A stretch of DNA of 64,000 nucleotides from Bdellovibrionota bacterium (GTDB taxonomy: Bacteria; Bdellovibrionota; Bdellovibrionia; Bdellovibrionales; JAEYZS01). The position numbers and the translations under genes were made by a program. Positions 27,524-37,277 of the stretch are shown here, in pieces (the stretch's first letter is position 1; each line of letters opens with the position of its first letter). The DNA lies in the NCBI GenBank assembly GCA_963169805.1, contig CAUJDY010000052.1, positions 19,579 to 83,578 on the forward strand, given 5' to 3'. The notes beneath the pieces are model-generated. The model was not told where the DNA came from, ran no database searches, and saw nothing but the letters and a program-made list of their open reading frames with translations.

Positions 27524-28306
27524 CTACCTAGTATAAAAATACTTTTCGCAGACGCTTACTTGAGATTGAGGTAAAACAAGATCTCTTAATTTCACATCTA
27601 ATTCTTTGGGCCAAACTCCGCTTTTTAAATCTTTCCTGAGGTCCGAAGAAGAAATTCTTGGAAGGCCAGAGAGCTCCATTTTTACAACAGGTAGCCCACC
27701 AAATCTTCTTGGAAGTAAAACATCGGCGCTTTTAGGGTCGTCCATCCACACTGCGACCATCAAACCCTTGAACTGCCTTAGAAAGAAAAAGTTAACAACC
27801 TTCATGTAGTTCTTTTGCATAATATCTGTACCAACAATACTCCAAAGTTCAATTCTTGGATTCAGTTCTTTAATTCGTTTTATGATAACTCCGCCTATTG
27901 ATGCATTACCCTTAATACCAGCAGAAAATAAGCCTCCGTATCCTTGCTCCACACGATACAGGTTTATTCCTATATCTGGAACAATGATACTGGGATGATC
28001 TGCATAAAGAGCGTGTAGATAAGATAGCCTTGTATCAAATGGCTTTGCATTGGGTTTATGGAGAGTAAGATTTTGGGGAATAATAATAGCTATATCAACG
28101 AGCCCACTTTCAACAGCTCCCTCTATTATTTTTTGATGCCCTAAATGTGGAGGGTCAAATGTACCAATATAGATACCTACTCGTTGCGCACGAGAAATTA
28201 ATGGTGAAGATTTGCTTAAAACAGCTGACCAAGAGATTGAGTAGACCATTAATATTGTACAAAACAAAATTTTCACAAAAACTCCTTGGCGCGTACTACT
28301 TTGCAA
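27524..28306 (-). CDS. NadD-like nucleotidyltransferase (nicotinate/nicotinamide mononucleotide adenylyltransferase family) with N-terminal hydrophobic segment
   Basis: (H/T)xGH motif in GTFDPPHLGH. C-terminal ISSSDLR resembles the ISSTxIR motif of NadD. The N-terminus FVKILFCTILMVYSISWSAVL looks like a signal or anchor. Confidence 0.6.
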   Translation of the reverse strand: MQSSTRQGVFVKILFCTILMVYSISWSAVLSKSSPLISRAQRVGIYIGTFDPPHLGHQKIIEGAVESGLVDIAIIIPQNLTLHKPNAKPFDTRLSYLHALYADHPSIIVPDIGINLYRVEQGYGGLFSAGIKGNASIGGVIIKRIKELNPRIELWSIVGTDIMQKNYMKVVNFFFLRQFKGLMVAVWMDDPKSADVLLPRRFGGLPVVKMELSGLPRISSSDLRKDLKSGVWPKELDVKLRDLVLPQSQVSVCEKYFYTR

Positions 28307-28585
28307 AATATGTGCAACTTAATAGCGACTTTTGAGCGTGTCTATTTCCAGCTTTGGAACTACGTACGTATTTCAGAGCTGTAAAGACGTCTCTGTCTAA
28401 CAAAAACCGTCACTTTTGCTGAATTGTTGCTCTAAAAGCGATTTATTGTACCCAGAGCTGGCATATTTCATGTAATAACCCATCTCCGTAGCATATTAAC
28501 TTTTGCAGATGTGTGTCTGCTTAAGAGTTCGTTTTATAATAAATTGGCGGACCAACCGCTCAAGATTAAACTAAGGAGTACGTTT

Positions 28586-29728
28586 ATGAATAAGAAGTTT
28601 ATTTTAGGGATGGTCGCAACATCTCTAGTTGCAAACTCTGCCCTTGCTATTTCTTTAAATGAAAGAATTCAGCAATCTTTCCCAGAGGCAACATCAAGAA
28701 CTACACTAAAAGATGCTGGTATTATGGCAGCAGACCTTTTAACTGTATCTGCAATTGTTTATTTTTTCCCAAGAGTTGATAAGAAAACTCTTTCTGCAAA
28801 AACACAAGAGCTCGAGCTAACAAGAAAAGTTCCAACTGCAGAAGAGTTAAACAGACAGATCAGAGCAATTGATGATAATATTAATAATTTCATGGAAGTT
28901 AGAAACGACGGTAGAGTTTTATCTGCTGGAGATCGCCTTGGTAGCCTTCACCCTGAAGTCTTAAAAGAAATCGATACTATGAGAGCTCAATCAGCTCAGT
29001 TACAATCAGAAATTGCTAGAGCAGAAAAAGAACTAGCTGAAGCTCTAAGAGAAACAGCTCGAATTCAAGGTGAAATCGATGGAATCAAGAACGTAGTGAG
29101 TAACTACGAAAGCTTACACGTAGATTCAAATAAAGACGGTGTAGTGGACGCTAATGAACAATCTCAATCAAAACTCAAAGCTGGCCCACAAGCTGAAGTG
29201 GAAAAAAGAACACGTCAATTAACATTTTTTGCAAATCAGTCTGAAAGCGCAAAAGTAACTATTGCAGAATCAAAAAATGCAGTAAACAAAATTGATTCAG
29301 CTGTTGCACAAAAAGTTCAAGATATTAAAAACAGATCTATCCTTGTTCTTAAGCCTGAAGTTGCAGGACAAAGAGCAAAACTTGCCGAAATCACTCCTTT
29401 TTCTGTTGAAGAAAAAGCAAAGAGAATTGCTGCTTTAGAAGCTGAAATTAAAAGAATTGCTCAGCGCGGAGTTCGTGGAGCAGGCATAAAACTCGTTAAA
29501 GCAGTATCTGTTGTTGGCGGAGTTGTTCTAGTTGCAGACCTAGGAATCAGAGGAACGGTTGTTATTGGATATAACAAAGACGCTGGCTGGGTTCCAGGAT
29601 ATAAACTTGCAAAAGAATCTTGTGAAGATCAGGCTATGTGTGATGCTGCTCTTACTAAACTATCTCAAGCTGCTGAGTTTGTTGGCGAGGCTGTTAGCGA
29701 TTTAGCATCTCAAATTAAGTCTAAGTAA
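28586..29728 (+). CDS. Secreted/membrane coiled-coil protein, orphan (380 aa)
   Basis: AAGGAG RBS before ATG 28586. Signal peptide ending ANSALA. A hydrophobic helix, long heptad-like Q/E/A/K-rich regions and a second hydrophobic stretch, AVSVVGGVVLVADLGI. Confidence 0.5.
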   Translation: MNKKFILGMVATSLVANSALAISLNERIQQSFPEATSRTTLKDAGIMAADLLTVSAIVYFFPRVDKKTLSAKTQELELTRKVPTAEELNRQIRAIDDNINNFMEVRNDGRVLSAGDRLGSLHPEVLKEIDTMRAQSAQLQSEIARAEKELAEALRETARIQGEIDGIKNVVSNYESLHVDSNKDGVVDANEQSQSKLKAGPQAEVEKRTRQLTFFANQSESAKVTIAESKNAVNKIDSAVAQKVQDIKNRSILVLKPEVAGQRAKLAEITPFSVEEKAKRIAALEAEIKRIAQRGVRGAGIKLVKAVSVVGGVVLVADLGIRGTVVIGYNKDAGWVPGYKLAKESCEDQAMCDAALTKLSQAAEFVGEAVSDLASQIKSK

Positions 29729-29752
29729 TCTTATTATCAATAAGGAGCTTTT

Positions 29753-31063
29753 ATGTCGAAATTTCAAATTCGATATTTCACAAAGCTCCTTATCTTTTTT
29801 TTAGTCCTCTTACAACTTCCTAGCGTTGACGCCAAACTCTCTTGCAGACAATATTTTGGATCTCATAAATTTGGAGATTCCATTTTAGCATATGCCTCTG
29901 ATGTTGGCCGAACACGCGGCGGAAGACTCATACTAGCAAACCCCGACCCTAAACCAGAAACTCGCATGCTTGGGTTGCTAATGAAAGAACAAATGCCTCA
30001 GCATAAATGGGGAGTTGTTTCGAGTCCTTTTCACTTTTTTAATTACTATATTCCTCACAAAGTCGTCGATGTAAGCTCTTACTCAACTCAAAGAGCTTTG
30101 AATCTTTTGCGAAAAGTTGCCCACAAACCTACAACCTCACAAAGAACCATTAAAGAAATACTAAAAGCATCTCCAGGAGAATGGCGGTTTGCTCCATTTC
30201 AAATGCTTGAGCGATACCTTATTGATCGCCCGACAGAAGTTCTTTCTCAGGAAATGCTCTACACTAAAAAGCGCCTCTCTTTGCTAGTTAAGCTTCCCTT
30301 ATTTATTTTTTTAACAATTAAAGGTTATGAACACGTCGATAATCACCTTTGGGCAAAATTCGATAGCAACCTAGAACAAAATATCACAGAGGTTGCACAC
30401 AGAGAACCTCACACATTTATCAAACTCGCACAAACCGACTATCGATATAATGCATATAAAAATGAAATCTATAAATCAGACGGCACGATTAACATGAGCA
30501 CCGTCGTTGATATCGCTGCTCATAACAGAATTTACTACGAATACTACTCTGCCAGAGATCAGCTGACGGAACGATTAACCCTCGAGCAAGAAGTCAGCAT
30601 GTTCTCAAGAAATTCTTTATTTGCGGGAATACAAAAACTAGCAGAGTCTGATTTAAAACCAACAGCTCAACAAGATGTTAAGCAACCCGGCCCCGTACCT
30701 GCAGAAAAGCAAGATATGCTCTACAAACTAAGACATTTACTCTTGTATCAATACCAGTTAGTTGATGTATGGATTTTTGTAGCAAACCCACCACGCTCTG
30801 CACTCGATCAAGAACAGATCGCTCAAACGTTGCTAAATGACCCCTATATACAAATATTAAAATCTAAATTATCAAAAAATGAAATCACAGAGATCCAAGC
30901 AAGATACTTGGCTCAAAAATATCTAGAAAACGTTCACTTCTTATCTATTTTTGATTTACTCGGCATCACATTTTATCTTGACGCGAACAAATCAGAGCCT
31001 CTTACCATGGAAACAGTCCGCTTAGATGCCGCTCAAAGTTTAAGAGAAATTTTAAATCAATAA
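29753..31063 (+). CDS. Secreted hypothetical protein, orphan (436 aa)
   Basis: AAGGAG RBS. Signal-like LLIFFLVLLQLPSVDA. No motif recognised. Confidence 0.5.
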   Translation: MSKFQIRYFTKLLIFFLVLLQLPSVDAKLSCRQYFGSHKFGDSILAYASDVGRTRGGRLILANPDPKPETRMLGLLMKEQMPQHKWGVVSSPFHFFNYYIPHKVVDVSSYSTQRALNLLRKVAHKPTTSQRTIKEILKASPGEWRFAPFQMLERYLIDRPTEVLSQEMLYTKKRLSLLVKLPLFIFLTIKGYEHVDNHLWAKFDSNLEQNITEVAHREPHTFIKLAQTDYRYNAYKNEIYKSDGTINMSTVVDIAAHNRIYYEYYSARDQLTERLTLEQEVSMFSRNSLFAGIQKLAESDLKPTAQQDVKQPGPVPAEKQDMLYKLRHLLLYQYQLVDVWIFVANPPRSALDQEQIAQTLLNDPYIQILKSKLSKNEITEIQARYLAQKYLENVHFLSIFDLLGITFYLDANKSEPLTMETVRLDAAQSLREILNQ

Positions 31064-31185
31064 CGTGGCGACAATTTCACGCCTCATATATTTTTAGTTT
31101 GCACACATTAACCCCTGCGTATGGACTTGCTTTTTTAAACATTTATGATTAGCTAAAGAGTCAGCATATCACAGAGGACTCTTAG

Positions 31186-32079
31186 ATGAAAAAAGTCAGA
31201 AAAGCTATTATACCGGCAGCAGGCCTTGGAACTCGATTCTTGCCGGCTACAAAAACCATTCCAAAAGAAATGCTTCCGGTGGTAGACAAACCAACTATTC
31301 TGTACGTTGTAGAAGAGGCTGTTCGCGCAGGAATTGAAGACATTGTAATCATATCTGGCCGCGGAAAAACTGCTATTGAAGACTTTTTTGATAACTCTTA
31401 TGAAGTTCAAGACAAACTGTCAAAAGATGGCAAAACCCATCTTTTGGAACGAATCGAAAAAGCAAAAAATTTGGCGAATATTATTTCGATTCGGCAAAAA
31501 GAAGCTCTTGGCCTTGGTCATGCTGTTCTTTGTGGACGCCCAGTTGTTGGCGACGAACCTTTTGCAGTCTTACTTGCGGATGAGATCATGGTGGGAACAC
31601 CCACAGTCACAGAAGAACTCGCGGACCAATTTCACAAAACCGGAATCTCTACTATTGCACTCATGGAAGTTGCTCCTTCAGAAGTTTCAAAGTACGGAAT
31701 TGTAAAGGCAGAGCCTATGGCTCCAGGACTACTCCATCACCCTGGAAAACTTTTTAACATTACACAAGTTGTAGAGAAGCCAAGCGCTTCAGAGGCGCCA
31801 AGCACACTTGCAATACCGGGTCGATATGTTTTTGAAGGGGCGATTTTTGAAGAAATAAAAAATCTTTCTCCAGGGAAAAATGGAGAAATCCAGCTGACAG
31901 ATGCAATTTTAAAGCTTGCTCAAAAAGGCCGAATGAACGGTATGATGTTTTCTGCACAAAGGTTTGATGCCGGAGACAAGCTTGGCTATCTGAAAGCAAA
32001 CATAGAGCTCGGCCTAATTCACCCAGAAACTGGAGATGGATTAAAGGAATACATAAAATACTTGGCTAAGAAACTTTAA
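31186..32079 (+). CDS. galU: UTP--glucose-1-phosphate uridylyltransferase
   Basis: AIIPAAGLGTRFLPATKTIPKEMLPVVDKP is the canonical GalU N-terminus. 297 aa. Confidence 0.93.
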   Translation: MKKVRKAIIPAAGLGTRFLPATKTIPKEMLPVVDKPTILYVVEEAVRAGIEDIVIISGRGKTAIEDFFDNSYEVQDKLSKDGKTHLLERIEKAKNLANIISIRQKEALGLGHAVLCGRPVVGDEPFAVLLADEIMVGTPTVTEELADQFHKTGISTIALMEVAPSEVSKYGIVKAEPMAPGLLHHPGKLFNITQVVEKPSASEAPSTLAIPGRYVFEGAIFEEIKNLSPGKNGEIQLTDAILKLAQKGRMNGMMFSAQRFDAGDKLGYLKANIELGLIHPETGDGLKEYIKYLAKKL

Positions 32080-32088
32080 GGAGATCCC

Positions 32089-32913
32089 GTGAGATTATTA
32101 AACTTCATTTTGTTTTTGGCTTCTTTATCTGCGAGCGCATACATTCCATCTCCTGATTTTATTATTTCTAAAACTGTTAAGAACTCTGGGCAAGGCATTT
32201 ATCAAATCAAAAAAGATCTTCAGTTTCCTCTCCCAGACAAAACAGTCTCAGTTACAGAAACCTGGTGGGTCTCTGGGCCAGATCTTCAGTTTGTCAAAGT
32301 TGATGGACTTTTGTTTACACAGTACTATCTCTACAAGAATGGAAAAAAATATTCTTTCAGCAGCCAAGGACAACTTACCACTTCTACAAATTCTCCTTTT
32401 TTTGCAGAGTCATTTTTCTTTTATAGAAATTCGCAAGATTTAAAAACAGCACTTCTACAAAGAAAGCTAGCTCCTGCACAAGCATTTAAAAAACGTCCAA
32501 CATTTAAGACCAAACAGGATTTAGATAAGTGGAGCGAACCGTTTTTGGGGTTATCACGCTTTAAAGGCTCAGTAACATACGTTCTAGGATTTGCAGCCCA
32601 GAACTCAGCACAACCGGGAATTTGGATTGAGCAGGATCGATTTGTGGTGAGAAAGATCAAACTTTCTCAAGATGCAGAAATCTCTGTTGAATCTGTATCT
32701 GAGCTATCGAAAAGCCTTTCTTACCCTAAAACCAAAATCTACACCTGGCAGAATGGATCTGTGCAGGCAGACTTAACACGTGGAGACTCTCTTAAAAGTG
32801 GTACAGAATTTTTTAATGAGAATGAATTTTCAAAATTAGCAAATCAAAATAGAGAGTTACCGCCAGAATACAAAAACAGCATAATTGAGGAGTTTTACAA
32901 GAGGTTTAGGTAA
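32089..32913 (+). CDS. Secreted hypothetical protein (274 aa)
   Basis: GTG start 5 nt after AAGGAG. Signal peptide LFLASLSASA. No motif recognised. Confidence 0.45.
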   Translation: MRLLNFILFLASLSASAYIPSPDFIISKTVKNSGQGIYQIKKDLQFPLPDKTVSVTETWWVSGPDLQFVKVDGLLFTQYYLYKNGKKYSFSSQGQLTTSTNSPFFAESFFFYRNSQDLKTALLQRKLAPAQAFKKRPTFKTKQDLDKWSEPFLGLSRFKGSVTYVLGFAAQNSAQPGIWIEQDRFVVRKIKLSQDAEISVESVSELSKSLSYPKTKIYTWQNGSVQADLTRGDSLKSGTEFFNENEFSKLANQNRELPPEYKNSIIEEFYKRFR

Positions 32914-34883
32914 TGCATTTTTATGATGTAGCTGTTGAAGCACCTCTTTTTAAAACCTTCACTTATTCCTCAGAATTGCCTGTTTCGCCGGGCCAAAGGG
33001 TTTCCGTATCCTTTGGGAAAAGATCTGCTGACGGAATTGTATTAAAAGAACTCTCTGCGCCAGAAGATACAACTAAAATAAAATCCATCTCTTCTGTCCA
33101 TGAAGACTACCCTTTACAATCAACTGCACGACTCAAATGGCTACGATGGATTTCTGAGTATTATGTCCATCCCATGGGCCTTGTACTTCAACTCTGCTAT
33201 CCCTCCCTAAAAAAAGGGGGACGACCTACCAAAAAAGCAGCCATTAAAATGAGTGAAAAACTATCTCAGTCGGTTCAACTAACCGAAGAACAGCAAAAGG
33301 CCTCGGATTCCATTTTAAATTTGCCAGAATTTCACGCTCACTTGCTTTATGGGATCACCGGGTCCGGTAAAACAGAGGTGTACTTAGACGTTCTTGAAAA
33401 AAAAATAGAAGAGGGTAAAAAAGGATTGGTCCTAGTTCCCGAGATTTCTTTAACACCTCAATTGATTCGTAGATTTTCCGAGAGATTTGGAGATCAGATT
33501 GCCGTTCTACACTCGCAACTAACCGATAGAGAAAAAACCAACCAATGGTGGTCTATCGTAGAAGGTGACAAAAAAATTCTAATTGGAGCAAGGTCTGCTC
33601 TGTTTTGTCCGATACCAAACTTAGGCGTTATTGTTGTAGACGAAGAACATGAGGCGAGCTTTAAGCAAGAAGAAAAACTTAAGTATCACGCTAGAGATTG
33701 TGCGATCATGTTGGCCAAAGAGCTTGGTATTCCAATTTGCCTAGGCTCAGCTACACCAAGCTTAGAGTCTTGGAAGAATGCTTCCGAGGGAAAATACCAT
33801 CTACACAGACTCACAAAGCGAGTCACAACAGAAAATGTAGCGAATATTCATGTCATTGATATGAGAGAAAATAAGAAGGACGAAGATTCGGAACTACCTT
33901 CTTGGATGTCCGATTATTTATATCAAAAAATAAATGAAACTCTCATGGAGAAAAAACAAGTCGCTCTATTTTTAAACCGAAGAGGTCTCTCACAAATTGT
34001 CATGTGCAGGGGCTGTGGACATACGTACATGTGCCCAAATTGTGATATTTCACTCTCTCTTCATGCAAAAACACACCTCACATGCCACTACTGTGCCTTT
34101 CATGAAGATCTCGGGGATTACTGCAAGATCTGTAAAGTGGGAGAAACAAAGCCAGTAGGAATTGGAACAGAAAAAGTTGAAACTGATATACAAACTCTTT
34201 TTCCTAACACGCGAACCCTTCGTATGGATCGTGACGAAGTAAATGATCGTATCACACTTGAAGACTCGATTCGTAAAATTGAAAACTCCGAAATTGATAT
34301 AATCATTGGAACACAGATGATTGCTAAGGGTTTGGATTTTAAAAATTTAACTCTTGTAGGAATTTTACTTGCAGACATTGGGTTTAATATTCCTGATTTT
34401 CGGACTGGAGAGAGAAGTTTTCAACTTCTCACACAAGTTTCTGGAAGGGCTGGGAGGCACTCTCAAGGGGATGTCGTGATTCAAACTTATAATCCCACTT
34501 TTTCGAGCCTTGTTTTTGCTCAGAATAAAAACTATGAGGCATTTGCAGAATATGAGCTTACACACAGAAAAGAACTTTTTTATCCACCCTATGGAAAACT
34601 GATGAGTGTTCGAATACAATCTTTAAACTATACAAAACTCAAAGATTACATTGCCTTACTGGAGAAGGCTGTTTCTCAATATGCATTGGGCAGCTCTTTT
34701 CAGGTCTTAGGTCCTGCTCCCTCCCCAATCTTTAAAATCAAAAACAAGTACCGCTACGGCATGCTCGTAAAAGCCGCCTCTTCAAAACAAATCCGAGAGT
34801 TCTATCTCCGTATTCAAGAAAAGCTACCTCCACCACACGGCGTACAGGTTCTGCCAGATATTGATCCCCTCAACACATTTTAA
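32913..34883 (+). CDS. priA: Primosomal replication-restart helicase PriA
   Basis: Walker A GITGSGKTEVY, DEEH box, Cys-rich zinc-binding insert (CRGCGHTYMCPNCDISLSLH...CHYC...CKIC), GTQMIAKG. Confidence 0.95.
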   Translation: MHFYDVAVEAPLFKTFTYSSELPVSPGQRVSVSFGKRSADGIVLKELSAPEDTTKIKSISSVHEDYPLQSTARLKWLRWISEYYVHPMGLVLQLCYPSLKKGGRPTKKAAIKMSEKLSQSVQLTEEQQKASDSILNLPEFHAHLLYGITGSGKTEVYLDVLEKKIEEGKKGLVLVPEISLTPQLIRRFSERFGDQIAVLHSQLTDREKTNQWWSIVEGDKKILIGARSALFCPIPNLGVIVVDEEHEASFKQEEKLKYHARDCAIMLAKELGIPICLGSATPSLESWKNASEGKYHLHRLTKRVTTENVANIHVIDMRENKKDEDSELPSWMSDYLYQKINETLMEKKQVALFLNRRGLSQIVMCRGCGHTYMCPNCDISLSLHAKTHLTCHYCAFHEDLGDYCKICKVGETKPVGIGTEKVETDIQTLFPNTRTLRMDRDEVNDRITLEDSIRKIENSEIDIIIGTQMIAKGLDFKNLTLVGILLADIGFNIPDFRTGERSFQLLTQVSGRAGRHSQGDVVIQTYNPTFSSLVFAQNKNYEAFAEYELTHRKELFYPPYGKLMSVRIQSLNYTKLKDYIALLEKAVSQYALGSSFQVLGPAPSPIFKIKNKYRYGMLVKAASSKQIREFYLRIQEKLPPPHGVQVLPDIDPLNTF

Positions 34884-35030
34884 GTACCCACCTACACGTT
34901 TTCACTTTTTGCTCATCTACTAGATAAAGGACCAGTAAAATTATTGTTTAATTAAACCGAAAAAGTACTGAAGGGTTTCGTGTATTTATAAGCGAAATTC
35001 AGATTGTTTTAAAAAAGGTTTTAGGAATAA

Positions 35031-35936
35031 ATGTCCGCAGAAAAAGCAGCCAAACCACAAACAGGAGCAAAACTCCTACCTTGTCCTCGTTGTAAAAATG
35101 AGGTTGAAGATCTATTAAAAATAGATGTCGGTATGAAATTGGCTATCGAGCAAAGTGGACACAAAGATGAGTTCAAAGCTCAAGTCTGCCCAAAGTGCTA
35201 CACAGATCTTAGCAATATGATTTCTCAGGGAGCAAGACTACGAGCCAACAAAACAAAAGAAACTTACAACAGGAAAGTTCTCTGGAAAAACCGCGTAGGT
35301 TTTTTAAAGCAAGCAAGAAATCTTATGTCAGTAAGAGCCTATCCAGAGGCTGCCGTTCTCTACGAAAAATATATTAAAAGTGTCGCGGTAGGATTTGAAA
35401 AAAAACCAACAGAAATTTCTCCTGAAATATTTAAAGATCCAAGACACAGAAAAGAGCTTTCTGTTTTAACCTATGTATTTTGGGACCTTTACAAAATTTA
35501 CGATACAGATCCAAAGTATGCACAAAAACTTAATTTTGCTGCAGAAAAACTTAAAGCTTTTGCCAGCAGCGGTTCTCAGCAAGAAGATATTGCCAGAAAA
35601 TTAGAAAACTTTGATAAGTTTGCTCAAAATCGCGCCGTCTTTAAAGACCTATCAAAAACATTAAACGCCAGCGTCGTGAGATGTTTTATCGCGACAGCGG
35701 CCTTCTCCAGCAGAACAGCACCAGAGGTCATTACTCTTTGTGCCTTTAGAGATCAAATTTTAAAAGCATCTCTTTTTGGACGCTTTTTTATTATGTCTTA
35801 CTACAAAATTTCCCCACCAATTGCTCGCTATTTAGATAACCAACCCTTCCTCAAAAAAATAGCGCGCAGTATTCTTAGAAAAACTGCATTGCGTCTCAAA
35901 GAGATTTTTAACCTTAAAGATACGCCTGAGTTTTGA
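35031..35936 (+). CDS. Zinc-ribbon protein with C-terminal CFIATAA-type module
   Basis: CPRC...CPKC pairs at the N-terminus. The C-terminal CFIATAAFSSRTAPEVITLCAFRDQIL...YYKISPPIA resembles a widespread CFIATAAYGS...LR.FRD...YY..SP C-terminal domain, recalled from memory. Confidence 0.45.
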   Translation: MSAEKAAKPQTGAKLLPCPRCKNEVEDLLKIDVGMKLAIEQSGHKDEFKAQVCPKCYTDLSNMISQGARLRANKTKETYNRKVLWKNRVGFLKQARNLMSVRAYPEAAVLYEKYIKSVAVGFEKKPTEISPEIFKDPRHRKELSVLTYVFWDLYKIYDTDPKYAQKLNFAAEKLKAFASSGSQQEDIARKLENFDKFAQNRAVFKDLSKTLNASVVRCFIATAAFSSRTAPEVITLCAFRDQILKASLFGRFFIMSYYKISPPIARYLDNQPFLKKIARSILRKTALRLKEIFNLKDTPEF

Positions 35937-35949
35937 TACACTGCAAGCT

Positions 35950-37095
35950 ATGTCAAAACACAATCTTGTTATCATCGGAAGTGGAATCGAAGCACTCATT
36001 CTTGCAGGAGCCGCACTCAAAAAAGGCCTGTCTGTCGCTATTTTGGATTCATCGCAAAAGCTTGGCGGATCTCTTGCTCCGCTCGATTATCATGGTTCTT
36101 ATATTGACTCTCTTTACAGTCGCTTACCGCACACACAAGAAAACATTGATGCTATTACACGCCTGGATTCGCACCTTCCGTATTTTGAACCCATTCAAAT
36201 CCTAGAACAAGAGCGAATCACTTTTGAAAAAGGACAACTTGAGCCTTTCGTTGGGTTTGGAGAAAATGCTCCAAACTCAATTGAACTTATCACGCCATTT
36301 TGTTCTCAAGAAAAAATTAAGACTCGACTGAATATTACACAACTTGTGCAACGCCTCGGAGAAAAAGCAGATATTCACCTCAACTGCACTTTTACTGATA
36401 TTCTTATATACAACAAAAAAATTGCCTCAATTACCGTGGATGAAAAAAAGAAGTTTGAAGCTGATTTTTTCATCTTCACAAAACATCCGGCAGAGTTAGC
36501 AGATCTTCTTCCTCAAGGAACTCTTTTGCCAAAAACAATTTCAAAACTTGCACCCAAAAATACATGGGCCTATTTGAACCTGCTTTGTGTTTCTCAAAAT
36601 CCTGTATCTGAAAATTCTGCTTGCCATATTTTTTATGGTACACAAAAAAATCCACAAGTTTGCCTTGGTGAGTTTCATCAAGTCCTAAACAATCAGAATA
36701 TCCCCGTGTTTTACTCTCAGTGGATCTGCTTTTTAAATCAGGATACTCAAGACCTCAGCGAAGATAGTGTTCAGGCGCTGAAGGAAATGAAAAGGCAGAT
36801 AAAAAGAGCTTACCCTCTAGCGTTCAATGATCTGGTATTTGAAAAAATTGCACTTTTTGAAGATGCTAAAGCAACCATAGATCTCTCTTCCAAAAACTTT
36901 GGGCAGCTGACTGAATTTGAAAATTTGCTGGTTTGTTCACACCAACTCCTCTCAGAACCGCATATATTTGCAGCGAGCCTACAAGCTACAGCTAAAACTC
37001 TTGATCTGTTTGAGTCTTTACTGAAAGCAACTGCTGCAGAGGCAGAGTCAAAGACTCCTGATATAGCCTCAACACCATCTGACGCACAGCTTTAA
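35950..37095 (+). CDS. FAD/NAD(P)-binding oxidoreductase (amine oxidase/phytoene desaturase-like)
   Basis: N-terminal Rossmann dinucleotide motif VIIGSGIEALILAGAALKKGLSVAILDSSQKLGG. The rest was not diagnostic. Confidence 0.55.
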   Translation: MSKHNLVIIGSGIEALILAGAALKKGLSVAILDSSQKLGGSLAPLDYHGSYIDSLYSRLPHTQENIDAITRLDSHLPYFEPIQILEQERITFEKGQLEPFVGFGENAPNSIELITPFCSQEKIKTRLNITQLVQRLGEKADIHLNCTFTDILIYNKKIASITVDEKKKFEADFFIFTKHPAELADLLPQGTLLPKTISKLAPKNTWAYLNLLCVSQNPVSENSACHIFYGTQKNPQVCLGEFHQVLNNQNIPVFYSQWICFLNQDTQDLSEDSVQALKEMKRQIKRAYPLAFNDLVFEKIALFEDAKATIDLSSKNFGQLTEFENLLVCSHQLLSEPHIFAASLQATAKTLDLFESLLKATAAEAESKTPDIASTPSDAQL

Positions 37096-37198
37096 CTTTA
37101 CACACCCCCCTCTGCGTGCTAAATCCTATCGCCGAGGATAGGCCTCAAAAAATAAACAATATTTGCGTCCTTTGGTCCCACGGCTTGAATTTGAATTT

Positions 37199-37226
37199 TT
37201 GAATTTAAGTCAAAAAAGGGTAATAA
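37199..37226 (+). promoter_or_regulatory. Candidate sigma70-type promoter for rpsB-tsf
   Basis: TTGAAT (37199-37204), a 16-nt spacer, then TAATAA (37221-37226). The -35 hexamer is the third of three tandem TTGAAT(T)T copies. Confidence 0.3.
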
Positions 37227-37277
37227 CAGCAGCAGGCTGTTTGGCGCAAATATGACGATAAACCAAGGAGAAAAGTA

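Noticed and set aside
28459-28474. Possible sigma54 promoter TGGCAT-N5-ATGT upstream of the orphan secreted pair
   Set aside because: The -12 element lacks the conserved TTGC/GC dinucleotide context. The match is limited to the TGGCA half-site and is likely chance.
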